DNA of 64,000 nt from Promethearchaeota archaeon (GTDB lineage Archaea; Asgardarchaeota; Lokiarchaeia; Sigyniarchaeales; SOKP01), in contig JAEOTS010000044.1 of assembly GCA_016839745.1 (NCBI GenBank), positions 30,286 to 94,285 on the forward strand, in the 5' to 3' direction. Position 1 is the stretch's first letter; each line of letters begins with the position of its first letter. The notes beneath the pieces were generated by a model. The model searched no databases, was not told the DNA's origin, and saw only the letters and a list, made by a program, of their open reading frames with translations. The position numbers were made by a program, and so were the translations under genes. This document shows, piece by piece, positions 29,969 through 40,128 of this stretch.

Positions 29969-30712
29969 TTAAATTTTTAATAGTTGGAGCCATGATGAAT
30001 TGTCTTTTAATTGCTCATATTTTTCTTTTGCTCCAATATCTCCTTTAAATTGACTTTTTTCCATCTTAATTACTCTTACTTTCCAATTTCGTTCTTTTAT
30101 CCCATTTAGTAGAGCGCTAGGTAACTCTATTTCGCCCCTTTCAGAAGGAGTAAGAGTATTTAGAACATAAAAAATTTCCTTAGATAAAATGAAAACTCCA
30201 CAATTGTTTAAATTTGTTTTTGAAGTCCCTCGTGGGGGTTTTTCAATTATATCTTTCAAAATAAGATCATCACAATAAATTGCGGCTCCCAAATAAGGGT
30301 CTTCTGTGTAATTTGCCACTAAAATGAAATCACGATTCTCATTTAGGTAAGTATCACACACATTTTTATAAATATCGTAAGGAACTAGTGTATCTCCCCA
30401 GGTTAGAAAAAAGTGATCATCAGTAATGGATTTTTCACAAAGCAATAAAGCCCCGCCTGTCCCATTTAATACTGTTTGCTCTATATATTCAATTTCTACA
30501 TTCCATTTTTTACCAGTTTTAAAGTAATCTATAATTTGCTCCTTACGATATCCTACAACTAAAATTATATCTCGAAAACCCGTATACCTTATACCATTTA
30601 TAATGTATTCTAAAAAGGGTTTCCCATGAACTTGTAGCATGGTTTTTTGTATCTTATCAGTATAAGGTTTTAACCTTTTTCCAAGACCAGCGCACAAAAT
30701 TATAGCTTTCAA
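29969..30712 (-). CDS. sugar-phosphate nucleotidyltransferase
   Basis: LCAGLGKRLKP, GTGGA, WGD, IEKP, SERGEIEL. Confidence 0.92.
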   Translation of the reverse strand: MKAIILCAGLGKRLKPYTDKIQKTMLQVHGKPFLEYIINGIRYTGFRDIILVVGYRKEQIIDYFKTGKKWNVEIEYIEQTVLNGTGGALLLCEKSITDDHFFLTWGDTLVPYDIYKNVCDTYLNENRDFILVANYTEDPYLGAAIYCDDLILKDIIEKPPRGTSKTNLNNCGVFILSKEIFYVLNTLTPSERGEIELPSALLNGIKERNWKVRVIKMEKSQFKGDIGAKEKYEQLKDNSSWLQLLKI

Positions 30713-31812
30713 TATTGTTCAACTCCAGTACTAGTTTTTAAGATATGAGCTTCTCCACCCGATTCTTCAATTGCGTTCTTAATTAAATATTCCTTATTGG
30801 GTAAAAGAGCAAACATCGTTCCACCAAATCCTGAGCCATTAATTTTCCCTCCAAAAGCTCCTGTTTTTAGACAATTTCTGAGCATCATATTAATTTTCTC
30901 AGTAGATATCTGAATGTTTTCATTTAATTGTTGTTGGTGAAGATTTAAAAGATTCCCGAGTTCTTGATAGAAATCAATATCGACATTCAATATCTTTTTA
31001 TTAGTTAATAAGGAATATTGCTTATCGATTAATTCTTTTGCTTTAAAAGTAATATCTCTATTAATAATATTTCCTATAATCTTTTGTTTAAACTCCTTTT
31101 TTAGATTGACCAAGTAAGGCTCAATATCTTCTAATTTTGTGTTAAATTGATTGAAATCTGGCATAATGTTTTTTATTATTTTAAACGCCTTTAATGTCGC
31201 ATTTTTCGTTTTTAGTAAATCATCCACAGTTGCTTTTTTTTCCTTAGAGTTACCTAATACAAAACCTCCTAATGTTAAGTAATATACAAATAAATAAGGT
31301 TTTGGGATTTCAGGTTTTAAAAAGATTAGGTTACCGAATACAGAGTTGAAATGATCCATCATGCCTCCTCCTTCTTTAAATTCCTTTACTTCTGTATTAT
31401 AACCCTCTAATGCCATTTGAAAAGAATCTAATTCTTTACCACTTACTAAATTTAAAAAATACAACCATGCAATAACTAAAGCAGAAGAACTTGCAACACC
31501 AGCGTTTATTGGTATATCGCCAGTAATTTTGATTTTATACCCTTTTTCAAACTTGCAGTTTCTCCGAATAAATTGATTATAACCACTTACTAAATAGTCT
31601 CGATTTGATGTATATTCCAATTCTCCGCTATTCAGTTGAAGTTCTATAGAAACATCTATATCTGGTTGATTAATTAAAAATTTTGGTTCTGGAATTCTTT
31701 CTGCTTGCAAATAAATATATTTAGATATCGCCATAGAGATAATTGGATAATTTAAATAGTCTTGATGCTCGCCAAAAAGGCATATTCTTCCTGGAGACTT
31801 TATATTTATCAT
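30709..31812 (-). CDS. GHMP kinase, galactokinase-like
   Basis: PGRICLFGEHQDY, IPINAGVASSSA, GGKINGSGFGG. Confidence 0.9.
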   Translation of the reverse strand: MINIKSPGRICLFGEHQDYLNYPIISMAISKYIYLQAERIPEPKFLINQPDIDVSIELQLNSGELEYTSNRDYLVSGYNQFIRRNCKFEKGYKIKITGDIPINAGVASSSALVIAWLYFLNLVSGKELDSFQMALEGYNTEVKEFKEGGGMMDHFNSVFGNLIFLKPEIPKPYLFVYYLTLGGFVLGNSKEKKATVDDLLKTKNATLKAFKIIKNIMPDFNQFNTKLEDIEPYLVNLKKEFKQKIIGNIINRDITFKAKELIDKQYSLLTNKKILNVDIDFYQELGNLLNLHQQQLNENIQISTEKINMMLRNCLKTGAFGGKINGSGFGGTMFALLPNKEYLIKNAIEESGGEAHILKTSTGVEQY

Positions 31813-32029
31813 TTTTTCTTATTTATCAAAGTCGAAATATTCGCATTTAATTTCTAATCAATTTTTTTAAGAATCTTTCTAATAAAAAGAATTCAGAGTA
31901 TGATTAAGATAATACAAGGATATTACTTTTTTTTTTCTTTTTTAGTAGTTAGATTTTATTGACGCATTAATTAGTGATTTTTCTTGGTATTTTTATAAAT
32001 ATCTAAAAAAGGTATGATGAGTTTAATTA

Positions 32030-32779
32030 ATGATACATGATTTTCTAATAATCAAAGACGGCTTACCATTATTATTTAAGAATTTTTCTATAACTAAAAA
32101 TATTTTTTCAGAAGCAGATTCATTAATACTGGTTTCTGGTTTTTTTTCTGCTTTAAACTCATTTTCTGACTCATTTGAAGATTTAGGAACGATTAGTGAA
32201 TTGAAATTATCTAACAATGAACTGAAGTTATCATTCTTAAAGGATTCAAGCATACCTAATCTAATATACATTGCCACATATGATGAAAAATCTAAACCAG
32301 TCAATGTTCTAAGGATTTTGAGAAAACTTTCTCGTACTTTTTTACAGAAATTTAGTATCGATGATATCGTAAATTGGAAAGGTAACATTAATGAGTTTAA
32401 ATCTTTTGACGATATATTAACGGCTTTTGTAGAAGAAGAATTAAGGGAGAGCGATACAGGATTTAAGGAACGAGTCGTGGCATTGTTTAAGTGTGTAGAA
32501 GAAAAAATCAATGAAGAAACAAATTTATTAACGCTAAAAAGTAAGTTAGATCCTCCACCTAACTTACCTAATTATTGTAATCAAATTCCTCGCTTTACTT
32601 CTCTTAAGAAAGTTAATCCAAAATATTTTCTAACAGGGGAAACTTCGCACAAAGTATTTTATCAAATTGACGGAAAGAAATCCATCAGGCAAATTACGGA
32701 AAGTTTGGATTTGAACCATGAACAAGTATATAATATATGCAAGAACCTCGTAAAATTTGGTTTTGTGAACTTAGCTTAA
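32030..32779 (+). CDS. longin-like domain + C-terminal winged helix protein (NPRL2-like architecture)
   Basis: FLIIKDGLPL...LVSGFFSALNSF longin pattern; IDGKKSIRQI...NLVKFGFV wHTH. Confidence 0.78.
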   Translation: MIHDFLIIKDGLPLLFKNFSITKNIFSEADSLILVSGFFSALNSFSDSFEDLGTISELKLSNNELKLSFLKDSSIPNLIYIATYDEKSKPVNVLRILRKLSRTFLQKFSIDDIVNWKGNINEFKSFDDILTAFVEEELRESDTGFKERVVALFKCVEEKINEETNLLTLKSKLDPPPNLPNYCNQIPRFTSLKKVNPKYFLTGETSHKVFYQIDGKKSIRQITESLDLNHEQVYNICKNLVKFGFVNLA

Positions 32780-33726
32780 GAATTATAACTAAAAATGTCA
32801 AAAATCCAAGCTCGCCCCCCTGCATCTTCAATAGCTCGAGCAACTTCTTTTTCTTTTCCAGGAGCAATCGCGAGCATGCAACCTCCGCCCCCTGCTCCCA
32901 TTTGTTTTGCCCCAAGAGCACCAGCACTTCTAGAAGCTAAGCAAAGTTTTAGGATTTTATCGGTTGCGGCATCTAGTATTATTTCCTGCTTCTGTTGCAT
33001 ATTCATAAGTTCTCCAAGTTTTTTGAAATCTTTAGTCAAGAGAGCTACTTTTCCTTGATAAACACATTCTTCAATCACTTTAAATGCTTCTAAAGTTTTA
33101 ACATCTTTCTCTTTAATTTTCTTTTTGATCCGATTTAATACTGATGCTGCTTTTCTATCCTCCATTGAATCTCCTACAACAATAGGAAGATAATTAACTT
33201 CTAGTTGCTCAACTTTCGGATTTTCGTCAGTATGAATAAATGTTATCCCCCCGTGAGCAATGCTATATTGATCCATTCTCCCGCATTGTATTCCTAAATC
33301 GTTATTTTCTCCTAAATACGCAAGTTCAGCAATTTCAATATTAGAAAGATTTAAAGAAAAAGCTTCGCTCATAATTTTTAGAAAACCTACTGATAATGCT
33401 GCTGAAGTAGATAACCCCACACCAATAGGAATGTCAGATTCAACTTCAAGATAAAATCCGTGGGTAATTTTATTTTTTAACCTTTCATACAAAACGCTCC
33501 AATAAGCTAGATCAATATCTCTTGGAGGCGAATCTTGTAAATTGAACTTAATTCTTTCATTGGTATCACGGCTATAGAATTCAATTGCATCATCGGAACG
33601 TGATTTGTAATAAAACTTCATCATTAGGTTAATAGCCATAGCTATAACTGGTTTTCCTAATAAATCTACTTTATCTCCGATAATACAGATACGTCCTGGA
33701 ATTTTAAGAAATAATTCTTTTTTCAT
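32776..33726 (-). CDS. GHMP kinase (galactokinase/mevalonate kinase-like)
   Basis: PGRICIIGDKVD, IPIGVGLSTSAA, CGRMDQY, GAKQMGAGGGG. Confidence 0.9.
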   Translation of the reverse strand: MKKELFLKIPGRICIIGDKVDLLGKPVIAMAINLMMKFYYKSRSDDAIEFYSRDTNERIKFNLQDSPPRDIDLAYWSVLYERLKNKITHGFYLEVESDIPIGVGLSTSAALSVGFLKIMSEAFSLNLSNIEIAELAYLGENNDLGIQCGRMDQYSIAHGGITFIHTDENPKVEQLEVNYLPIVVGDSMEDRKAASVLNRIKKKIKEKDVKTLEAFKVIEECVYQGKVALLTKDFKKLGELMNMQQKQEIILDAATDKILKLCLASRSAGALGAKQMGAGGGGCMLAIAPGKEKEVARAIEDAGGRAWIFDIFSYNS

Positions 33727-33816
33727 TTTTAAGATAAACTCAATTTTAACAAAGTAAGAATAAGGCTATCCAAATAAATATAAAATTAACAATACTTATT
33801 ATTTAAAATTATACAG

Positions 33817-34122
33817 TTATCCTTGAACTCTTTTTTGGTGTTGCTTTTTTCTTTTTTTTTCTCTATCATTGATTTCTTCTTCCAATTGTTTTAATTGAAT
33901 CTCATCTTTCCCCTCGAATTTGAAAGTTCCAACGATTTTACTTTCTTCTTTATCTCCTGCCTTACTAATTTTTTCAAAAGATATCTTAACGGGTTTGCCC
34001 TGCTCTAAGGCTAGATTGATGAAGTTAATAAATCCTAAGTGTTTTGAAGGAGGAATACTGAATTTAATAGATACATCTTTTTCCTTTTTAGTTGAAGTTT
34101 TCAGTACAAGTCGTAATTTCAA
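33817..34122 (-). CDS. hypothetical basic protein
   Basis: 101-aa ORF filling the intergenic space, protein-like composition. Confidence 0.65.
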   Translation of the reverse strand: MKLRLVLKTSTKKEKDVSIKFSIPPSKHLGFINFINLALEQGKPVKISFEKISKAGDKEESKIVGTFKFEGKDEIQLKQLEEEINDREKKRKKQHQKRVQG

Positions 34123-34233
34123 TAAAATTCACACAGCATGTTTTTTCTTGTATAATTTCATAATGAAATTTATATGGTATAATTAAGTATTATATATTAA
34201 AATTTACGATAGAATAAAGGGATTATAAGAGTT

Positions 34234-34857
34234 ATGGCGTCAAAATTTAGACTTCGTAGAATTTTCAAACCATTAGTTAAATCAGTAGCGAAAATTTTAA
34301 GTAAAATTGGTGTAAGTCCAAATCTTGCTACTTTTATAATGCTCAGTTTTTCTATTTTTAGTTTTGTCGCACTTGTATGTTTTTCTAATTTATTTCTATT
34401 CTCAATCCTCGTCTTCCTAACTGGATTTTTTGATGGAGTAGATGGAGCTATCGCAAGAATTAAGAGAAGAGCAACAATATTTGGAGGATTTTTTGATTCT
34501 GTAATGGATAGAATGAGCGAATTTGTAATTTTCTTTGCGCTTTTGTTTTATAGTTGGAATAGCTTATTATGGGGAATCATTGATATGAAGTTAATTATTT
34601 TCTTATCTTTTTTGAGTTCTATAATGATTAGTTATTTAAGAGCAAGGGCAGAGGTTTTTTTTAAGGGAGACTTCGATATCGGTATAATGGCTCGATCTGA
34701 AAGGTTATTTTATTTAGTTATTACTATGATGATTGCCAATTTTTATGGATATGTCAACGAGTTTTTATTTATTTTCATGCTCTTGGTGTTAGCTACAGCA
34801 TTCTTCAGATATTTTAAAATAGCGAAATTAATAAGAGATTACGAAAAAGAAAATTAG
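34234..34857 (+). CDS. CDP-alcohol phosphatidyltransferase (archaetidylinositol-phosphate/-glycerophosphate synthase-like)
   Basis: SPN, DGVDGAIAR..GGFFDSVMDR, SYLRARAE, RSER. Confidence 0.92.
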   Translation: MASKFRLRRIFKPLVKSVAKILSKIGVSPNLATFIMLSFSIFSFVALVCFSNLFLFSILVFLTGFFDGVDGAIARIKRRATIFGGFFDSVMDRMSEFVIFFALLFYSWNSLLWGIIDMKLIIFLSFLSSIMISYLRARAEVFFKGDFDIGIMARSERLFYLVITMMIANFYGYVNEFLFIFMLLVLATAFFRYFKIAKLIRDYEKEN

Positions 34858-34862
34858 CGCAT

Positions 34863-35576
34863 TCATCTATTAGTATTTAGCTCAATTATTAATTTATCTC
34901 CGTCTTTCAAAACGAAGTAGTCTCTTAAATAAGGCTCAGCTAAAATCTCAATTATATTTTTTTTGTGATGGGTTCTTTTAATATCAAGTATCGCAGCTTT
35001 AGTTTTTTCATCTGGATTGTCTATCCGTGAGATTGTACAATCGTAACAATCAACGACACCATATGTCCGTTCTGAATTATCGTCTTTGAATCCTGCAATA
35101 ACAACAGGTTTAATATTTTTTAGCTTCTCTCGTAATAATTCTATATTTGTGTTGTTTAACTCTAAATTTAAAGTTCCCTTATATGGTAAAAACCCTAATC
35201 TCTCTTGGAATTGATCGTAATACCCTTTAATTGACACATAATAAGCTCCTTCTTTCATTCCGCTCTGTACTGTGCCTAATATTACAATACTCTCTAGAAT
35301 ATTCTTTAAATTCTTATACATTAAAAGCATTACTTCACTGCCTTCTTTAGTTAAAACGATTTTCTGGGTTTTTTTTTCAATTTTTCTTTTAATCCAACCT
35401 AATTCAATTAGATCGCTGATTCTTCTTGAAGCAGTTTGTTGGCTCAAATTAAGAAGTTTTCCGAATTCGACACTGCTTATATTAATGGTTTGTCGGTGTT
35501 CTATATGTTTACAAAGTTGATATAGCGCAAACCAGTTAGCGTAGTTTTCCGGTGAAATTTCTCCTTCTTTGCTCAT
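34863..35576 (-). CDS. ribK: CTP-dependent riboflavin kinase with N-terminal wHTH
   Basis: SQQTASR HTH; GTVQSGMKEGAYYV, PYKGTLN, RTHH, LKDGD. Confidence 0.93.
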   Translation of the reverse strand: MSKEGEISPENYANWFALYQLCKHIEHRQTINISSVEFGKLLNLSQQTASRRISDLIELGWIKRKIEKKTQKIVLTKEGSEVMLLMYKNLKNILESIVILGTVQSGMKEGAYYVSIKGYYDQFQERLGFLPYKGTLNLELNNTNIELLREKLKNIKPVVIAGFKDDNSERTYGVVDCYDCTISRIDNPDEKTKAAILDIKRTHHKKNIIEILAEPYLRDYFVLKDGDKLIIELNTNR

Positions 35577-35592
35577 TAAATCACTAACAAAA

Positions 35593-36030
35593 CTATTTTT
35601 TATATTCCTTTATAATTTTTTTCTTAATAAGGCTAGAGGAATGAAGTTCATATTTATCATAATAAGTTTCTAACCTTTTTACTATTATATTATTTAGTCC
35701 TTTTTCTTCCAAGCCGCGTTTTAGAGTTTCTTGATTGTATTTTTGATCTGGGCCCAAAAAGATTATTTCTGGATTAATTTCTTCGACAGTTCTAAGTGTA
35801 TCGTTATCAGATCTTCCCAATCTAGCTTCTTTTACGTTCTTTATGCTCTTTATCATTTCTAATCTCTGATTTTCAGGAATTATAGGAGTCTCACCAGAAT
35901 ACAACTTTCGGTTTTTATCAGTCGCTACAATAACATAGACATCACCCATTTTAGCAGCTTCATTTATGAGAAATATATGCCCTGGGTGGAGAAGATCAAA
36001 TGTGCCTGCAATTAATACTTTCTTTGCTAT
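35593..36030 (-). CDS. ribL: FAD synthetase (cytidylyltransferase family); probable ATA start
   Basis: In-frame extension upstream of the listed ATG gives IAKKVLIAGTFDLLHPGH (HxGH); LGPDQ, SSSLIK; directly upstream of ribK. Confidence 0.9.
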   Translation of the reverse strand: MAKKVLIAGTFDLLHPGHIFLINEAAKMGDVYVIVATDKNRKLYSGETPIIPENQRLEMIKSIKNVKEARLGRSDNDTLRTVEEINPEIIFLGPDQKYNQETLKRGLEEKGLNNIIVKRLETYYDKYELHSSSLIKKKIIKEYKK

Positions 36031-36126
36031 TTTTTGTCAGCTCTCAGTTTATTACATTTAGTTTTAATTAATAATTCAAGGTTAAACTTATATTGTAGTT
36101 GATTTCAGAATATATTATTATCAGAA

Positions 36127-36741
36127 CTATCTTTCTCTTTCCTCCATACATTTCTTTAAATCACTCATTTGAAGTGATATTGATACATCACCTCTAGTTT
36201 TTTCAATAATATTTCTCGCTTGATCAGTTTTATGTCTTAAATCTTGAGTCAATCCAGAAGGATAATCAATTGAAAAAAGTTGAGTGTAGATATCATCCAT
36301 ACTTTCTAGGATATAGTTTAAATCTTCTACGATGGAATTCCGAATATTATCTAATGCATATCTTCTTAATTCCCCAATTACATCAGCAAGACCTAGTGCA
36401 TAATTTAAGGGTTTAATGTTCAAATCACTAGGTAATGGGAGAGGTTCTTTTGATACAATGGAATAAAACGCAACAGCTTCAGCATATTCTTGTTCTGGAG
36501 TTTTTAAATGCTTCAGAAAGACACCAGGGTTGCGATTTACCAATTCTAGCAATTCTTTATGTGTTTCTTGAACTTTTTGGAGTCTTTGGTGATATTGATT
36601 AAATTCTTTTCTATGGATACTCTTAATCGCAATGCTACAATCACGTATTAGCATACGAGTTAATTTTAAAATTCTCTCTCGATCTTGATCTAACTTATCC
36701 AATGTTTCAGATAATTCCGAAAAAATCTTATTAAGCCTCAT
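36127..36741 (-). CDS. translin family protein
   Basis: DQDRE, QEYAEA, YALGLADVIGELRR, LRHKTD. Confidence 0.9.
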   Translation of the reverse strand: MRLNKIFSELSETLDKLDQDRERILKLTRMLIRDCSIAIKSIHRKEFNQYHQRLQKVQETHKELLELVNRNPGVFLKHLKTPEQEYAEAVAFYSIVSKEPLPLPSDLNIKPLNYALGLADVIGELRRYALDNIRNSIVEDLNYILESMDDIYTQLFSIDYPSGLTQDLRHKTDQARNIIEKTRGDVSISLQMSDLKKCMEERER

Positions 36742-36859
36742 TCTTATAAATAAATATTTTAGTATTCCAATTTTAAATATATTTAATTATCAAAAGCAAG
36801 AAAAATATTTAGGATTTTTTATTAGAGAACATTTAGAAAAATGAAAAGTTGAAAATACT

Positions 36860-38929
36860 ATGAAAATTTTATTAATTCACTCTGAAGGAGTAGAAGTTAC
36901 AAAAAATAAGGAAGCCACGAGCAACCCACAAGAGTTCCCCGAAAATATAATTAAAATGGATGGTTTAATATTAGTTGCTTATGTATCCGTAGAGGATCAA
37001 GACTCTTATGATACAGATTTAATATCTAATCAGGGGGCTCAAGTGATAGAAGAAGCTATACTTCAAATAACTAATTTCCCCGAAAATATTAGACAAAAAA
37101 ACCAAGAAGTAAGAGAACATAATAAAAAAGTTGAGAGTGGCAAAATTAAAGGACAACAAAGAAAATTCTTCGAATTAATAAAAGATAGATCAATGTATAG
37201 AGTTGATAAAGTATTAGTGTATCCTTGGGCACACTTAAGTAAATTTCTTAGTAATGAGATAAATGCTATGGAAGTGTGTCCTAAAATAGCTAAAATTTTA
37301 AACGATAAAGGTATAGAGGCAAGCTATTCTCCATTTGGGTGGTATAAATCTTTTAAAATCAACTGTATTGGTCACGAAGTAGCTGAAATGTATAGAGATG
37401 TTAAATTAGCCATAAAACCAGAAGAACAAGTAAAAAATTCAGTCTTTAAAATCATTACGACAAAGGGAGAGGAAATTGATTTAAAATTCGACAAGGAAAA
37501 CAAGCTAATACTACCTGAAATCGATTCACTAATTGAAGATGAGGATTTTGAACACTTTTTAATGTCAGAATTAGGTTCTAGAAAAGTGGATAAAGCTATC
37601 GAACCTTCTCACATAAAAGTGATGAAAGAATTTGAATTAGTTGATTTTGATCCTAACACTGACGCTGGAAATTTTAGATGGTATACTAAAGGCGTAATTA
37701 TGAAAAACTTAATTAAAAACTTCATAGAAGAGAGATTAATCGATTACGGAGCAATTTTATTAGAAACCCCAATTATGTATACTGTAAAAAACAAAAAATT
37801 AACGGCTCAAACCGCTCGGTTTCCAGCCAGAAGTTATTGGTTAGAATCTGGTAAAAATAGATTTCTTTTAAGATATGCGAGCGATTTTCTACTCTTTGAT
37901 TTGTTTTCTCAAATGAATTTGAAACCACAATATTTTCCATTACGAGCATACGAATTTGAACAATATGATTTTCGGAGAGAACAGGAAGGTGAATTATCTG
38001 GACCGAGGAGATTAAGAGGTTTTATTATGCCTGATCTTCATACCCTTTGTAAAGATTTGAATTCTTCCATCAATGAGTTTATCCTTCAATATGAACTCAT
38101 CAAAAACCTTGAAAGAGATTTAGGTATAAAGAGTTTTGTTATATTTAGGGCAACACAAGCTTTTTATAAGGAAAATAAAGATTGGATTATAAATTTAATT
38201 AAATCAGAGAAAAATCCTGCCTTATTAGAGTTATGGGAAGATAGATATTACTATTATGTTCTTAAATTTGAAAGAAATGTGCTCTCAGCGCAACAAAAAA
38301 GTGCGACACTAGCTACTAATCAGATAGATGTTGAAAGTTCCTTGGAGTCAATGGTTGATAATGATGGTGTAGAGAGACAAAAATATAATATATCATTCCA
38401 GGATAATGATGGAAAGATAAAACACCCTATAATTCTTCATAATTCTCCAACGGGAGGATTAGAACGGGTTTTATGGGGTTTAATTGAATCCTCAATGCGA
38501 AATAAAGGTAGAACAGTCCCTGGATTCAAAACTTGGTTGTCACCAATACAAGTCAGGATTATTACAGTTAGTGAAGATCAAAATAAATATGCGGAAAAAA
38601 TTTTAGATATTATAAATAAATCAGGTTATAGAGCAGATTTTGACGATAGAGGTGAGAAATTAGGAAAGAAAATACGACAATCTGAAATTGAGTGGATTCC
38701 TTATACAATTATAATTGGAAAGAATGAAGAAGAACAACAAAATATCTCTATTCGCAAAAGATTAATAGGACAACCATTTGGTCCCAAAAAATCAACAGCT
38801 GAACAGATTAACAATATAAAAGTATCAAAATTAATAGAATTGCTCCAAGAAGATACCAAAAGTTTTCCAAAATATAAATTACCAATACCTTTCAGAAAAT
38901 TTTCGACTAAAATTTATTTTAGAAGGTAA
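36860..38929 (+). CDS. thrS: threonyl-tRNA synthetase (archaeal type, N-terminal editing domain)
   Basis: MKILLIHS, YPWAHLS, PFGWYKSF, FRREQEGE, MPDLHT, WLSPIQVR. Confidence 0.96.
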   Translation: MKILLIHSEGVEVTKNKEATSNPQEFPENIIKMDGLILVAYVSVEDQDSYDTDLISNQGAQVIEEAILQITNFPENIRQKNQEVREHNKKVESGKIKGQQRKFFELIKDRSMYRVDKVLVYPWAHLSKFLSNEINAMEVCPKIAKILNDKGIEASYSPFGWYKSFKINCIGHEVAEMYRDVKLAIKPEEQVKNSVFKIITTKGEEIDLKFDKENKLILPEIDSLIEDEDFEHFLMSELGSRKVDKAIEPSHIKVMKEFELVDFDPNTDAGNFRWYTKGVIMKNLIKNFIEERLIDYGAILLETPIMYTVKNKKLTAQTARFPARSYWLESGKNRFLLRYASDFLLFDLFSQMNLKPQYFPLRAYEFEQYDFRREQEGELSGPRRLRGFIMPDLHTLCKDLNSSINEFILQYELIKNLERDLGIKSFVIFRATQAFYKENKDWIINLIKSEKNPALLELWEDRYYYYVLKFERNVLSAQQKSATLATNQIDVESSLESMVDNDGVERQKYNISFQDNDGKIKHPIILHNSPTGGLERVLWGLIESSMRNKGRTVPGFKTWLSPIQVRIITVSEDQNKYAEKILDIINKSGYRADFDDRGEKLGKKIRQSEIEWIPYTIIIGKNEEEQQNISIRKRLIGQPFGPKKSTAEQINNIKVSKLIELLQEDTKSFPKYKLPIPFRKFSTKIYFRR

Positions 38930-39583
38930 ATGATTCTTATGACAATAAAGTGTATCATTATTGATTTAGGGGATGTTCTTATTGAACTGGATTTTAGTAG
39001 ATTTTTTAACGATGTGATAACACCATCTCCTTTTAATAAGCCTAAAACTCCTATTATGTTAGAATTTTTTCGTCAATCAGATACATATCATCAAGGTAAA
39101 ATTACTGATGAGGAATTTTATAAGCAAGCTTGTGAAATACTTGGAGTGTGTTCGCTTGATCAAAAACAATTTTACGCATCGTTTAATAGTATTATTAACG
39201 ACCTCAATTTAGATATGGTTAAATTAATTAGAAATATCAAGTCATCAAACAACTTTAAGTTAATCTGTATGTCAAATATTAATTCTAGCCATTGGAAATA
39301 CTTAAAAAAACAAAAATGGGATATTTGGGAACTATTTGACGAATTTATACTCTCTCATGAAATACATATGACAAAACCAGATCCAAAAATGTTTGATCTT
39401 GCTTTAAAAAAAGCGGGGTGCAAACCCGAAGAAGTTTTATTTATCGACGATGGTTTGAATAATGTGAGATCAGCCCAAGAAATAGGGATAAATTCAATAA
39501 GATTTATAGGATTGGATAATTTAGTAGAAGAACTACAAAAGTACAACATAAAATTTAGTTCAAAAAAGCGTAAAAATAAATAA
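38930..39583 (+). CDS. HAD-superfamily phosphatase (YihX-like)
   Basis: IDLGDVL, MSNIN, KPDPKMF, FIDD. Confidence 0.9.
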   Translation: MILMTIKCIIIDLGDVLIELDFSRFFNDVITPSPFNKPKTPIMLEFFRQSDTYHQGKITDEEFYKQACEILGVCSLDQKQFYASFNSIINDLNLDMVKLIRNIKSSNNFKLICMSNINSSHWKYLKKQKWDIWELFDEFILSHEIHMTKPDPKMFDLALKKAGCKPEEVLFIDDGLNNVRSAQEIGINSIRFIGLDNLVEELQKYNIKFSSKKRKNK

Positions 39584-39597
39584 CTTCTTAAAATTAT

Positions 39598-40128
39598 TTA
39601 TTCTTCAATCGAACTCATACAAGCTCGAGCAATTTTCTCAAAAGCTAATTCAACTTTTTCTCCCGTTTTAGCAGATGTTTCTAAATAGTCGCAATTTAAT
39701 CGTTTTGCTAGATCTTCTGCTTCTTGCCTTTCAACCTGGCGTTCCAAATCGATCTTGTTTCCTACAATGATCATCGGAATTGTTTTTTTCACGGTTTTTT
39801 TAATACTACTGACCCAACCAGGTAATTTCAAGAGCGATTGTGGGCTGGTTACATCAAATACCCCAAAAGCGGCATTACTTCCCTTAAAATAAATTGTACG
39901 TAGTTTAGCAAATTGATCTTGCCCTCCAATGTCCCATAATAAAAGTCTAATGTTGGTTTTATCGATTTCCACGTCTTTAATTAGGAAATTTGAACCAATG
40001 GTTTGCTTTAATTCAGGATTAAAGTAGTCCTTGATGTATCTAATAAGCAGCGACGTTTTACCTACATTACCAGGCCCAAATAGACACACTTTAAATTTAT
40101 ATGACATATTACTCAAAAGTTTCACCAA
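39598..40128 (-). CDS. Rab-like small GTPase
   Basis: GPGNVGKTS, TIGSNF, WDIGGQ, GNKID, ETSAK. Confidence 0.95.
   Translation of the reverse strand: MVKLLSNMSYKFKVCLFGPGNVGKTSLLIRYIKDYFNPELKQTIGSNFLIKDVEIDKTNIRLLLWDIGGQDQFAKLRTIYFKGSNAAFGVFDVTSPQSLLKLPGWVSSIKKTVKKTIPMIIVGNKIDLERQVERQEAEDLAKRLNCDYLETSAKTGEKVELAFEKIARACMSSIEE

Noticed and set aside
2428-40128. Prenylation-processing system linking the CPBP protease, FLDH-like SDR and Rab-like GTPase
   Set aside because: The GTPase has no CaaX motif, the genes are unlinked, and no prenyltransferase is in the window.
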